Below, piece by piece: positions 46,087-57,869 of a DNA stretch of 64,000 nucleotides. The notes under the pieces were generated by a model. It was not told the DNA's origin, ran no database searches, and saw only the letters and a list, made by a program, of their open reading frames with translations. This DNA comes from Marsupella aquatica (lineage: Eukaryota > Plantae > Marchantiophyta), in contig OZ316896.1 in assembly GCA_973895155.1 (NCBI GenBank), positions 15,996,576 to 16,060,575 on the forward strand, read 5' to 3'. The position numbers were made by a program, and so were the translations under genes. How positions within the stretch are numbered: position 1 is the stretch's first letter; each line of letters opens with the position of its first letter.

Positions 46087-49000
46087 TCAGAGTGTTAACT
46101 TCAAGAACTGCACCAGAAGATAAATCAACGCAATAAACAGTCCTACTTGATAGATGTCTTTCATAGGATTGTCGTCCACTTGAAAAAACTGCAAAGACAC
46201 AGATCGTCTGGATGAGGAAGGGACAGAGTCATCACATGAACTCAGAATTCAAAGCTCTATAGACCCTCAGACTATATATGATAAACTTTCCTGAGAGATA
46301 TCGCACTTTCTTTCTATGGACCTCTCTTTGCAAACAATGAGGCCCTAACCTAAGGTTGTACAATCGAAACATATAATTTATTCCAATGTTCATAGCTATT
46401 TACAAACCTCTAAAACGTCCCACTCCCCACTTTAGTGATCATATACAGTTCCCTCCTGTCGTAACCAAGGTAGGTAGACAGTAGTCCACATACTGATTTC
46501 AGGAAAATAGAAAGGATAACTTCGACAGACGTCTCTATTCGGACGATATGAAGCGAGCTAAAATCGTCGTGACTCTCTCAAACCTACCAGTGTAGGCCAA
46601 CGACAAGCAGGAAGACAATGCCAGAAGCAGGCAATTACCAAAACCTGGTACCCAGAGAGATGAATCGTGACCCTACCTTCCTGGGGTCTCCAGATGGATC
46701 TGGATAGAAGGTTGAACGGTCGTCGTCCTTTCCTTTGTCCACCATTTTGCTTACTCCAGCGACAGCATCCATTGCGTCTTTTCCAGCTTCAATAGCAGAG
46801 TAAGATAATCTGGTGGCCCAAAAATATGCCAGCGCTGGTGCCGACGACTTGGACAAGTCCCACTCATCCACTTGCTCTGTCACTTGACCACTGATCTGGT
46901 TTAATGTGAATTTAGAGTCTATGCACAAAACCAGATTCCCGCCAATAATTGACGCCGGGGGTAACTTCGGCTTTCCTCGTAATATCCACTTGATGTTGAG
47001 GGTACTTGTTGAGAGCATCATCATCTCCTGCACTGCCTGAGGCAACGCATCATAAAATGCAGGACGTTTCAAACACATTGTGTAGAAGCACTTTCCGAGC
47101 AAAGCTCACTTTGACAACGTCTCACAACATGACCCAACCACAGGAGCCAACGATCATAACATCCATGATGTCTCAAACTCAAAGTGTGGAAGAACGTTCC
47201 TAGCAAAGCTGGGTTTGCAAAGGTCTCACAACGTGACCAAACCATAGTGGCCGCAACTTACCACAACGCTAAACTATCTACCATGTTGTGATGGAATTGA
47301 ATAGTCCTCGTCATCCAGGATTGACCCCAATTGAACAGGTTTGCTGAATAATTCGGTAAAAACAGCACAAAAAGGCGAAGCTACTTACCGCAGTAGGGTC
47401 GTCCAGCGTAGCCCTTACCCATGAAGGCCTTTTGTACTTTTCACGCCCTTTGAACGACCTTAGAGGGTCCTGCAATTAAGCCAAACAAGTGGATACGCAG
47501 TGTATAGCTCAGAAACTCTTCAGGTCCAACGATGGGACAAAAGACTCTTATACTTTCACACTCTTAAGCTTCTTGCTCTAAAATTTGAGTGGATTACAGC
47601 CACGGACGGTAGAACTATAATTATTCCACCTGTAACATCTCGAAAACCTTATCTCGAAAGCCTTGTCTTGCAGGGAGGGCATATCCAAACTCTTGGAACA
47701 ATTCCTGGGCAAATATACGGGTTGCCACTGGTGGAAATAAATTCGAACAGAACAGAACAGAACAGAACAGAACAGACGGGTCTAAAAAAACGAGCGACCT
47801 TTGGTCTAAGAGTATCAATTTCACTCGTACAAGAAGTGAAGCAGAGATCACTCAGACATCCCACCGAGAAAAACAGAACCTTAGCTTGACCACTTATTTA
47901 TTAACATTTTCGTAGTTCGGCAGCACTGGTCAGATAGCATATGATAAGCTGTTGGACATTTTGGAGGGGTAAAAACCTTGTATGTCGCGAAAATTGCATA
48001 GGTCGCCAGCGCTCGTTTTCCTTCCCGGAGCTCCAAAATATCCCTGGCCAACTGTCGAGCTGTTGCCTCCACAGCGGGGCTACTTATGCATTCGAATTCG
48101 TCGCAAAGTTCACCAAAACTCATGCCATCGACGATCCTATCAGCTTCCGACCTTTCGGCGACTATCGTCGTCGTCGTCGTCGTACTATTGGTTGACTCAT
48201 TTCCAGACCCTTCCGCTCTCACTGACACTAAGCCTGGAGCAAGTAATACAGCCATTCACAACATTCAGTAAAAATCGAACTAGCGACGCTTTCTACAAGA
48301 TCAAATTAATGGCTACAGGTAAACGAATCAGTAACAGTTGAACTCGACAACACAGAAATGAGGAATCAAAAATTGGGATGAACGTGAACTCCATAAGCAA
48401 ACCGACCGACAAGGTAGCCCCCACATTGCGTTTGCCTGTATTTAGGTTGCGGAGGCATTTAGCTGTGGACAGCAGTTTCAATCTTACGCTGACGCCTAAA
48501 GCTGGTGGCCATGGTTTTCCGATAAGTGGGATTGAACCATCAGGTTCTGCAAAACGATAAACTCGCCGGGAGCTCAACTAGAAACTTACGATAGAGAATT
48601 TGCATTAAACCCGAAGGTGACTATCGAGACTAAGAATTCAATTTGGGTTTACATGGACCAGGGATGCCCTTTGAAAAAAATTGAGGCAGAGCAGACGTTA
48701 CTCATCAAAAGGCCCGCCACGGAGAAACATCTCAATGGTCCCTTCTTGACTGAATTTGAGGCAAGACCAATCCTTTCAAGCCAAGCCAGAAGATTTCAAG
48801 GCGGTAGTAGCTACGAGCATGCGCCATTGCTAATGACGACCAGGAATATGCATTAGTCGTCCTCGGAATCGTAATGTTAACAGTAGCAAAGAGTGTTTGT
48901 AGTCCTCGGAATCGTAATGTTTACAGTAGCAAGAGTGTGTGTAGTGAAAATAGATAGGTCTTAATTACCACTCCTCTTGACATGATTTGGAGCTGGACAG

Positions 49001-49191
49001 GAGGAACACTTTCCCACACCCTTCAGCTCCAGAAAATTGACCCCCAAAGCCTGCAGCCCAGTAACATTGCGAAGGCCAGTTCTTATCCTGTTGATGTTAC
49101 CTTTAGCCCAGACCGAGTGTGCAGGAGCAGGTGCCCGGCAAATTGGAGACAAAGATGTCGAACACACGCTGCTGGCCATGCACGTTGGCAT
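46087..49191 (-). CDS. Conserved green-lineage plastid protein with DUF2358/NTF2-like domain and C-terminal TM helix (resembles Arabidopsis At1g65230 from memory). Exons 49191(or 49179)-48969, 48233-47977, 47469-47389, 47036-46677, 46188-46087
   Basis: Transit-like N-terminus, SEADRIVDGMSFGELCDEFECISSPAVEATARQL, YKDPLRSFKGREKY, FTLNQISGQV..DEWDLS, YPDPSGDPRKFFQ, then LFIALIYLLVQFLKLTL*. Introns are GT-AG and in phase. Confidence 0.88.
48858..48945. repeat. Tandem duplication, ~44 bp x2, in intron 1 of the DUF2358 gene
   Basis: GTCCTCGGAATCGTAATGTT(A/T)ACAGTAGCAA(A)GAGTGT(T/G)TGTAGT occurs twice. Confidence 0.9.
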
Positions 49192-50403
49192 TATAATTTA
49201 CTATTGAAGACTGCCACTTGTGAACCGAGCTAAAGTGCCTGTCGTTGACCGTGTACAAAAATCCAAAGATACGACTGGATGGTCTGGGGCCTCCAACCTG
49301 TTCAAATGAAAATCCACTCTTTTCCCCCTTAACAACTTTCGCTATAAACGACCAGAGCGACAACCTGTTGCGATATATAACCTCAAACACTAGTAATTCC
49401 CGAATGAAGTGAGCCTCTCCCTAACATAAGTGTTGTCCTTCCATCCACAGGGCCCTTGCCCCCAGGGAGAAATCGCACGGAATACGGGAAGAAGCCGGGC
49501 GAGATTCTTAGTTTTTTCCAGTTGCTTGGTAGACCATGATAGCCGGTAGTCCCGATCGCAGAGACGTTCAAGTGAACTGCATGAGCCATCAGTGCAGAAA
49601 TTTTAGTACGTAAAATTCAAAGATCACCTAATGCTCGAAGAGCCCGTGCGCAGACAGTGTTTGTACAGGTAAGATTTCTGTGCAGAGCTTTGACAAAAGG
49701 CTTAAACCAAACCAAATGTAGTAGCGAACGAAAACAAGACAGACTGAGAAGAGCTTGAGAAAATGCTTCGCGCTAGTTGGGAACGACTTGAAACGAGACA
49801 CAGTCTTAATTCACAGAGCTAAGAAAATTGCTGAGCGGAGCTTTACCGAATTGCTTCAACTACTGTTGTCGGGGCGAACGAATTCACAAATCAAACGAGA
49901 GCTCCCAGAGGCTGAGGGAGTGAAGGAGAGAGCAGAACGCTCTAGGGTTTCTTGTGGTCCCTCTTTGACGCCCAGCCATGTTTTTTCTAGGCGGAAATTC
50001 GCCTAAACCTTACCTGAAATCTAGGCTGACGAATGATACAAAGGTGGAGAATGGGAAGATTTTGACAAATTCGCCAAAAGCTTACCTTAGACCAGGGGAA
50101 ATTCACCAGCTTTCATGAGATCGAACGGTTCTCCTTACAATTAGGGAGAGTAGATGGTGCAGATGTCCTCCCCGTTTTGGATTCGCCACCTTGTCTACTC
50201 TGGACAACTTTTACTGTATGATAGCCACGTGGAACTGCTCTGCAGCGTGCATTGTTTGGAGTGAATACTCTAGGTGGTGACACTAGGGGTCTAATTAAAG
50301 TTTTTGGGGTGTGGATGAAAAACAAGGATTATTGGGACCAAGGTGAGTACCTTAAAATGGCGTAGTGTGTGAGATATCACTGGAAACAAATCTGGGTGCA
50401 AGG

Positions 50404-50677
50404 CAGTGTTTTTTTTAGTGGCAAAAATTAAATTCAACCTCCCCAAAAATCTTTCGCCACTTTTGGCAAAAATTTGCTACTATTTTGCTGTCTCATTAGC
50501 TAGTGTTTCACCTAATCTCAGGCCCCATTAGCCAGAATCTAACAGTCAGTCTTAAATCTTGGGAGATCTGACTGTCAGGACAATAATTGAATAGGGAATC
50601 TTTTGAGCATCTTCTCCTTCACACCATTTACATTCACCACTCTGGCAAAAAAGTAAGATCCTTAAAAAAATACGCTG
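50404..50677. mobile_element. hAT-type MITE, 274 bp
   Basis: Short imperfect TIRs (left CAGTGTTTTTTTTA, right revcomp CAGCGTATTTTTTTAA). Exact 8-bp TSD GTGCAAGG at 50396-50403 and 50678-50685. Confidence 0.85.
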
Positions 50678-51452
50678 GTGCAAGGGACAAATCTGGGTGC
50701 AAGGGCAACTGGCTTGAATGTACTCAAGTCTGTTTATGTTCCAAGAACGGGCCGTCCGAAGGTCAGTGGTGGCTCCTTTCTAATGGGGTTTTATATGTAT
50801 ATTTTTAGATCTATAATGTTAGTACACAGATTGTTATGTATTGTAATTAAAAATCATTCAGTCATTTCCTTAATCTGTAATTCTCTGTGTATATATGAGT
50901 AAGAACCTTCAGGCAACAAAACTTAATAACAGGCACACGGAGACTGGCAACCCCCAAATAACAAGCATAGAAGACTCACATGTTCAAAATTTAAGGCAGG
51001 TGGAGGAAACAAATTCAACAAGCCCTCCAGATTGGCAAATGCTGCTAGCCCAATTAAAATTCCAAATAATTTCCCCTGCCTTTTGTGTAATATTGTAAGC
51101 TAACAGTGAACATGAATTGTCTGTAGATAAATCTGGGAGCAGAAGACCAGATAAAAGAAATCCTAATTGCCTTCTTCCATAATGAGTGAAGAGTGCAATC
51201 AGAAAAACTTTCATTTGTGTATTTTTGGCATGAATGAACTCATGAAATGACAACTTTAGCAATCACAACATAACCACAATGACAATTAATGTTGACACAA
51301 TAACCTTTATGCACCCACAACATGGTCACAATTGTTGGGAAAACTGGCACGATGACAATTGGGCTATGGCCTTTGTGACCACAACACTCCCACAATGACA
51401 ATTGCTTTGCAACCGCAACGTGGTCATGACAACTACACAGTTGCAACCAGAA

Positions 51453-51521
51453 GAGTTCCACTACCACAAGAACTTTACGAGTTCCACTACCACAAGAACT
51501 TCACGAGTTCCACTACCACAA
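51453..51521. repeat. 26-bp tandem repeat x~2.7
   Basis: GAGTTCCACTACCACAAGAACTT(T/C)AC at 51453, 51479 and 51505. Confidence 0.9.
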
Positions 51522-52062
51522 AAACTACACGCTCCAATAATGAGAACCGGAACAGGAAAAACCGGAACGGAAACCGGAAACAGGAAAATCCTTAAAGATG
51601 ACGCTGCCCCACACCGTAGGGTAGGACGCGTGGAGAACCCAATTTGAGAAGAAATAGGAGGGGGGAGCAATTGAGGAGAGAGTAGTACGTGGAAATGCGG
51701 AATGCCTCGAACGGTGGAGTACATGAGCGAAACACGTCGCCGAGTCACAAAGCAGAAGGACGAAGAACCCAAATTCGGAAGCAGAAAATATTCCACAGCC
51801 AGAAATTACAGCAGGTGAGGAAACTGGGCGGAGGGGTCGTTGGCCACTGAGCTACCGTATCAACTTATGTCAGCAGCAGCTTTTTTAGAAGGGCTCCTCG
51901 CACGCCCTTTTTCGATTCTCATTTCCTTTCGTTGCAGATTTTAGGATTTTAATTCAGTGCTTTACTCCGTGTGCAACGAGGCCGGAGGGCTGGTGGTGAA
52001 TGAATATTGGTAGGGTGTGAAGGAGTGGTCAGCTCCTGGTCCTGCTACGCTGCTGCTGCTGG

Positions 52063-52163
52063 TTTTGTGTGCTTATTTGGTGATTTCGATTTGCCGATTT
52101 TGTGTGCTTATCAGTGATTTCGATTTGCCGGTTTTGTGTGCTTATTAGTGATTCGATTTGCCG
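52063..52163. repeat. ~35-bp tandem repeat x3
   Basis: TTTTGTGTGCTTAT..GTGATTTCGATTTGCCG occurs three times. Confidence 0.9.
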
Positions 52164-52408
52164 ACAGGAAGCAAGCTCGGTCCGGGAAAGCACGAAGAAA
52201 CTTTAGTCACAGTTCTGCGCAGAACCCTTTGAATTGACATGGATATGCTCCGCCTGATGTGAGGCTTCGATTAGTGGTGAACACGGTTTGTGACGATCTG
52301 TAATGGGAAAAGGTGATTTGGCCGAGAATTGTGACGTGTGAACGTCTCGGCGCCCGATGGTGTAGTGAAATAACTGAAATTGAATCCGGGCAGGGTGCCG
52401 CCGTGAAG

Positions 52409-52463
52409 ATGACTATGCAGGCGGGACTGGGGGCGTCCAAGTTGTTAATCCTGGTTGGTGCAG
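52409..52463 (+). other. Isolated first coding exon of a DUF1664-family gene; remaining exons not found in the window
   Basis: ATG 52409 gives MTMQAGLGASKLLILVGA-G followed by a consensus donor CAG|GTGAGT. It matches the N-terminus of plant DUF1664 proteins (MAMQAG..SK.L.L.GAG) as I recall them. Possible acceptor at 52393. Confidence 0.6.
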
Positions 52464-53200
52464 GTGAGTCCAATTCTCCTTAAGTTTAGCAAAACTTGCA
52501 CGCCCATCATTCAGCGCGATGATGGTTGCACGAGAAACCGAGTTGGGGATTGAGCTGACCAGCTAGCAGTGCTGGCGCAGAGGATCTGCAATTGAATACA
52601 GTGCTGCTCAAGCTGTGGAAGTCGCTGCGGGAACGTGGAACGGGGAAGGCAGAGGAACCCAAGCAGGGATCAAAGCAACATTGTGGAACAGGTTGCCTTC
52701 GGGGGAACGCCGCAGAGGATGATCTATATTGGACATTTTTGAGTGCAGAAATTTCTAGGTGGGCATGATCTTCGTACCACCCTGCATCTCTCAATTATCC
52801 CTCACTTCTTCAATTCATTCCCCATCTAATCTCTTCGTCAGGATCTGTCGATGGTGGTTCCCAAAATTGTGCTAACTTTTCTTACCAAATTTCGTACTGT
52901 GCCATTCTACTCACAGGTCCCATACCCTGTGACCATGAAATTACTATTATTGAAGTGGATGATTAGGACCAGAGAGAGCTCAAAATTAGGGTTTCGGTCG
53001 CATGTTGTTTACTTTGAGACGCTGAGAGCTGAATTATTTACTCCTCAAAAAGCCGATGAAATAAACGCTCTAGGGCTGAGAGATGAGGTGATTAGCACCT
53101 CGCTTGGTTCTGTTAGGGTTTAGATGCTCGACCTTATTATTCACTCTTGATCGGTGTGAGGATGTTGACGGTTGTGCTCCTATTTGTTGAGCAGAGAGAG

Positions 53201-53832
53201 ATGTCGAAGTCCTGCAAGGGCCTCGCCCTGGAGCTCGTAAAATGTCTAAGTGAATCGCCTTGTATGAAGGTTATTCTCTACCTCATTAATCTTTGCTTAC
53301 TGATTAACTTCCTAATTCGGCATCCAGCAATTCCTTCCATCATGAATCATGTGGGATCGTATGATCGATGTAGCTTGGTCGTGATTTGACGATCGAAGCT
53401 CATTATCTGCAGGATCAACACAGATCTTACAAGGACTGTGCCGGAGAGAAGGTACCTCAAATAGCAAGCGAGTGCGTTGGGCTTCGAGAAACCTATTTTC
53501 AGTGCAAACGTGGCCAGGTGTGGATTCCTAATGATTCTATGCCCAGGCCGTATCCTCGCTTTCATTCCTGAGCTAGTCGTCTATTTCTGATCTAGACCCC
53601 TTTATACAGCGTAACAGAGGACACAGGGCTCGGAGATAATTGGTGCGGAGTAGATGTTTGAGCTGGCCGGGAATTTTGTTCTGCTTCTAACAGAAGAGGT
53701 TTGGTCCTCCAAAAATGGTTATTTGATAGACTTGATCGGGGATGCAGAGATTGACAAGTTTTTCTTTCTTTCTCTCGACTGCTGTGATAGGTTGATATGA
53801 GAACAAGAATTCGTGGTAACAAAGGTTACTAG
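53201..53832 (+). CDS. COA5: Cytochrome c oxidase assembly factor 5 (PET191 family, twin CX9C-like), 71 aa. Exons 53201-53269, 53413-53517, 53791-53832
   Basis: MSKSCKGLALELVKCLSESPCMKDQHRSYKDCAGEKVPQIASECVGLRETYFQCKRGQVDMRTRIRGNKGY*; the PET191-type C-terminus CKRG..DMR.R.RGNKGY is present. Confidence 0.95.
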
Positions 53833-56366
53833 CGAGTACTCGGTCAAGCGGCCACGAAACTCTTTTGGATCTAATGACAATGAGTCTCTGAGGCTTTCTT
53901 CTGGTTTCATTTCTTCTTTTCCCCGTAGGATCTCAATCCAAGCTTCTTACCGTTTATCCTGCTGACTTGTATACCTATTCTCTGATATCGTACATTTTTA
54001 TATCCCATCGATCAATCAATCAATCAATACTCGTCGCAAACGTTTGGTGCTTTTTCAAAGAAGGATTTTTAAGCCTTTCGCCTCGTCTTGGAGTTTGCGT
54101 TAAAATGTGATGTTCATATCTGTCTCTGTATCAGATTCCAAGAGCTTCCTCGCAGGTAGACTATAAGTGCTAACGTCCTTGTACATTATTGTTCTGGTGC
54201 AGTAAACGAAAAATTCTACATGTTTTACATCCGAAGCCGGATTCCAAGCTGTTCTGAAATGAGGAACGATTGGTCTCAGTTCTCCATTTCCAGATATGTG
54301 AAGTTGTACTTTCTTCGATGATCTTGGCATAGATTCCTCCAGTGAGCTAGATCGTCTTTGGATGGTTCAGCCTTGGGTTTGGCTACCTCCGAAATGCCAG
54401 ACTAAGAAGAACTGGGGAGGTTTCAAGAGTTGAGGATCGATGGCCCTCTTGGATATGTGTCAATTGTAATATTTGCACATCAGGAATGAATCATGTAAGG
54501 TGGTTTCTTCAGAGGTCTGTCTGCTTCTGCGGTCCAAATCTGTAGATCCAGTAACCTGAATTAGAGGAGGTTCACGTCACTAGACTTGAAACTACGCAAC
54601 TAGTCAGCTGAATGAGACCATAACGTTAGATATTCCTTGGATAAGGTGTTGGGGAGATTCACCCAACTGAAGAAGGATATCAGACCGTTTGAGATAGTTT
54701 TGGGAGCGAATTCACCCCTGCATATGCTTGTTTACTAGGATATTCTGTGAAGTCTACATTTCATTGATTGTTTTCATTTGAAGCCATGAAGACCAGGTTT
54801 GTGTGACGCTATAACCTCCCATGATCCTAGTGAATACAACTAGGTGTTTAATTACTAGCGAATACTCGCGGGAGGGTTACGGGCTCGTGCATGGGAGCAG
54901 GCAAGTTTGTGTCTTATTTGCACATTGTTAGTGAGGTTGAGTCCCTATATGTCTGGAGGTGTATTCAGAAAACCCTAGAGTATAGATATTCGGGGTTTGC
55001 CAGCATTCACGTCTCTTGAGCTGGCTTTCAGCATTGCTCATAAATAATACCGTTGTACATTATCTCACAAGACCATTCATTGACAGTTTAACCATAAGAA
55101 TTTGACCTTGTGGAGAATCGAACGTGTGACGATCGGATGAATTATCGGATGAGATAACAAAAATGCTGGTCAGTTAGTTTGTAAAGAGAAAGAATGGCGG
55201 CGTCACTGAAGCAGACAACCAGCATCACCAATTGACCTCAGCCCTCCGTCCAGCTCAACCCTTTCGTATTACTTCTTAAATTCTTTGACTACTGTTTATT
55301 TTTCAGTTGTGTCAAATCTCAACTACATCGAGATTATTTTAATTTACAACCTTTTCATTTTAAAAGAGTAGCTTTCTCCGACGAGGATCTTCTCACGTAG
55401 CAGGAGACACATTTGTTAGCATCTCATTGTCGATGCAATGATTGCAGACCAGTATGGACCTATTTGTGATTTTTTCTTGAAACTTTTGGATCTGTAATGA
55501 TTGCATACAGACTTCTATGCGCAGGTTTTTCCCATTATTTTGTCCCCCTTTATTGGGTCTCTTGCCTGTACTATCCTGTCTTCTGGTATGGTGCCCATGA
55601 CCCAGAGTATACCATCGGCACCATACAATATATTTTGTTGGTTGGCAGTTTCATATATATATCTCTTGAGGAGTCCTTGCCAGCAAAGGGTCATATATAT
55701 GTCCTTAGAGTCCTTGCCAGCAAAAGGTACATCCCTACCCACCCGAGTAGAGTCAGAGAAAGCTGCATGGATCTGACCAGACAATCACCAGGATAAATGG
55801 TCGGGATGGGGCAAGGCTCTCTTGGGATTATTCCGGTGGATGTGGTCTCCAAATCATTGGGGCCTGTTGAGATGTATTTGTAAAAAGTCATCTCTTTCAA
55901 TGGAATTTAATAACTCAATAGAAATGCATTGTTTAAAGGCATACATATGTCTATGTCTGTGACTCATTGGGGAAATGATGTCCCCAGTGGAACTCTTATC
56001 CATCCCATGAAACAATTTCAGGATGAAGTTGATGGTTTTTTTCTGTGAACTTTTTGTAGGCCTGTCTTAATGCCCTCAAAAACCTGTAGGATCCATTAGT
56101 TCCAAGATTGATGATACATTTGCAGATGCCGGACTCAAGCTAGGGTCTTTGGGCCTCTTTAAGTTTGAGTTTTATGATGTCAACCTCAATAGTCCAATGG
56201 AGTTGGAATGGGAGAGAGCATATATCATAGATGAATGTGGAAAGTAAATCATTGTCATCCCCAAAATGATTTTAAGGATACTAGAAATGAAAATCAACCT
56301 CTTTAAGGGAGCAGCAAAGCCTCCAATGGTCCCTCCCCCACTTTGAGCTTGTCAGTGGATGACCTT

Positions 56367-56439
56367 GTCATGGAAGGTCCACCATTATACCAGCCAATTA
56401 TGGTCATGGAAGGTCCACCATTATACCAGCCAATTATGG
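56367..56439. repeat. 36-bp in-frame tandem duplication within the transposase fossil
   Basis: GTCATGGAAGGTCCACCATTATACCAGCCAATTATG occurs twice. Confidence 0.9.
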
Positions 56440-57524
56440 ACAGTACGTCTACCTATTGTGGACATTGAAACCCCAGAGGTAGAGATTGATCCTCAAGTGA
56501 GTTTCAAGTCTTTGTGTATGTCAAAGGATCTTGCTAAGGTCTGGCAAACACAAGTGGAGAAGTTGAGGGACCACATGAAACTCATTCAATGTGAGGATCA
56601 TCGTTGGAGGGTGAACACTTGGGACACTGAGAATGTGGCATCTGGGAAGATAGAATGTTGTGAATGTGATGTTCGAGTGGATGGGGCCTCAAAGTCTGGT
56701 AGCATGGACAGAGCCAGCATTACCAATGCTTTCACCAACTTCAAAAACAAGCATTTGATTACACCCAAGCATAGCAGGAATGTTGCCAAAAACAGAGGTC
56801 AAAGACTAGACTCTATAGAGATAAATCGTTGAGTTGCAGCATCTTCCTTGAGTGACAAAGCCACTCTTGAACAATATGTTCATACAGTGGAAAGTGTTCA
56901 TAATTCAGTCTGTTGAGCAAAAAACTATCAAAATTGTTGGCAGGTGATACTAGCATAGAGCCACTGGAGTTGCACACGTTCAAACTCTTCTATACTTTCT
57001 GTTGTGAATACATGGTCATGATAGCCAAACAACGGAATTTGGAGGCCAATCTCCAGGCTCATTGTGTTGGTGTCAATCATTTAAATGCAGTTTCTAAAAT
57101 CCAAAGAGTGAGTAGCAATACTCCTATTCTCTCAGGTTGTGCAGGACTACCACATCAGACTAATAAGAGAGATAAACATCATAAGACCATTCAGGGCTTT
57201 CTAACTATCAAGGAGAGTCAAAGGGGCTCTAGCAATGCCTGTGGTCTATCATCGTCAGGTAAGGGCAAAGGTAATATTGATGACCCATCCTTATTGTGTT
57301 GGGGACTATGGCAAACTGAGTGGGTATATGGCAGCCAATCCAGGCCTATCAAGGATATCCTTAAAGATCAATTTAAAGAAGACTGTCGATGGTATCCAAC
57401 GCCCCTAGTGAAGGCTGAAGCGTGGTGTGAGGAAATTGATACAATTTGTGTCATTGAAGGCCTGTCCAGGCATAAATCTTGTGTATTAGAATATCAAGAC
57501 TTGGTGGTGGGTTCATAGAGTTAA

Positions 57525-57869
57525 TATTGAGCATAGACGACAATCGCAACGGCAAGCTCATGAACCATCCAACGCACAAGAGTCAACACAGAGAGATACG
57601 TGGTTCACCTCCACATGAGGCTACGTCCACAGGAACACACACAAGCTGTATTGCACTCTAGGCCGACCGGCCATACCAAGCATCCATAACGCAAGCTCTC
57701 TCTATCTCTCAACTAGCTCCGTAACAATGAGCATGAGTTCCCCCTCTCCAAGCAAACATCGTTTGGTTATAGAGTGTGCACAGCATGACTAACCTAATCA
57801 AGTCTGCGACTAAGGTTAGCCTTAACTACGGTACAGTCGTAACTCTAGACCTAAGAGTAAATCCTAACA
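57525..57869 (-). mobile_element. Solo LTR of a copia family related to the element at 600-5582
   Basis: Revcomp starts TGTTAGGATTTACTCTTAG and shares blocks with LTR 5250-5582 (TTAGGTTAGTCATG, CTCATTGT.ACGGAGC, GTGGACGTAGCCT, GAGGTGAACCACGTA). 5-bp TSD GTTAA at 57520-57524 and 57870-57874. Confidence 0.9.

Noticed and set aside
52200-52750. snoRNA cluster upstream of COA5
   Set aside because: No clean box C/D pairs with terminal stems or recognisable rRNA guide sequences.
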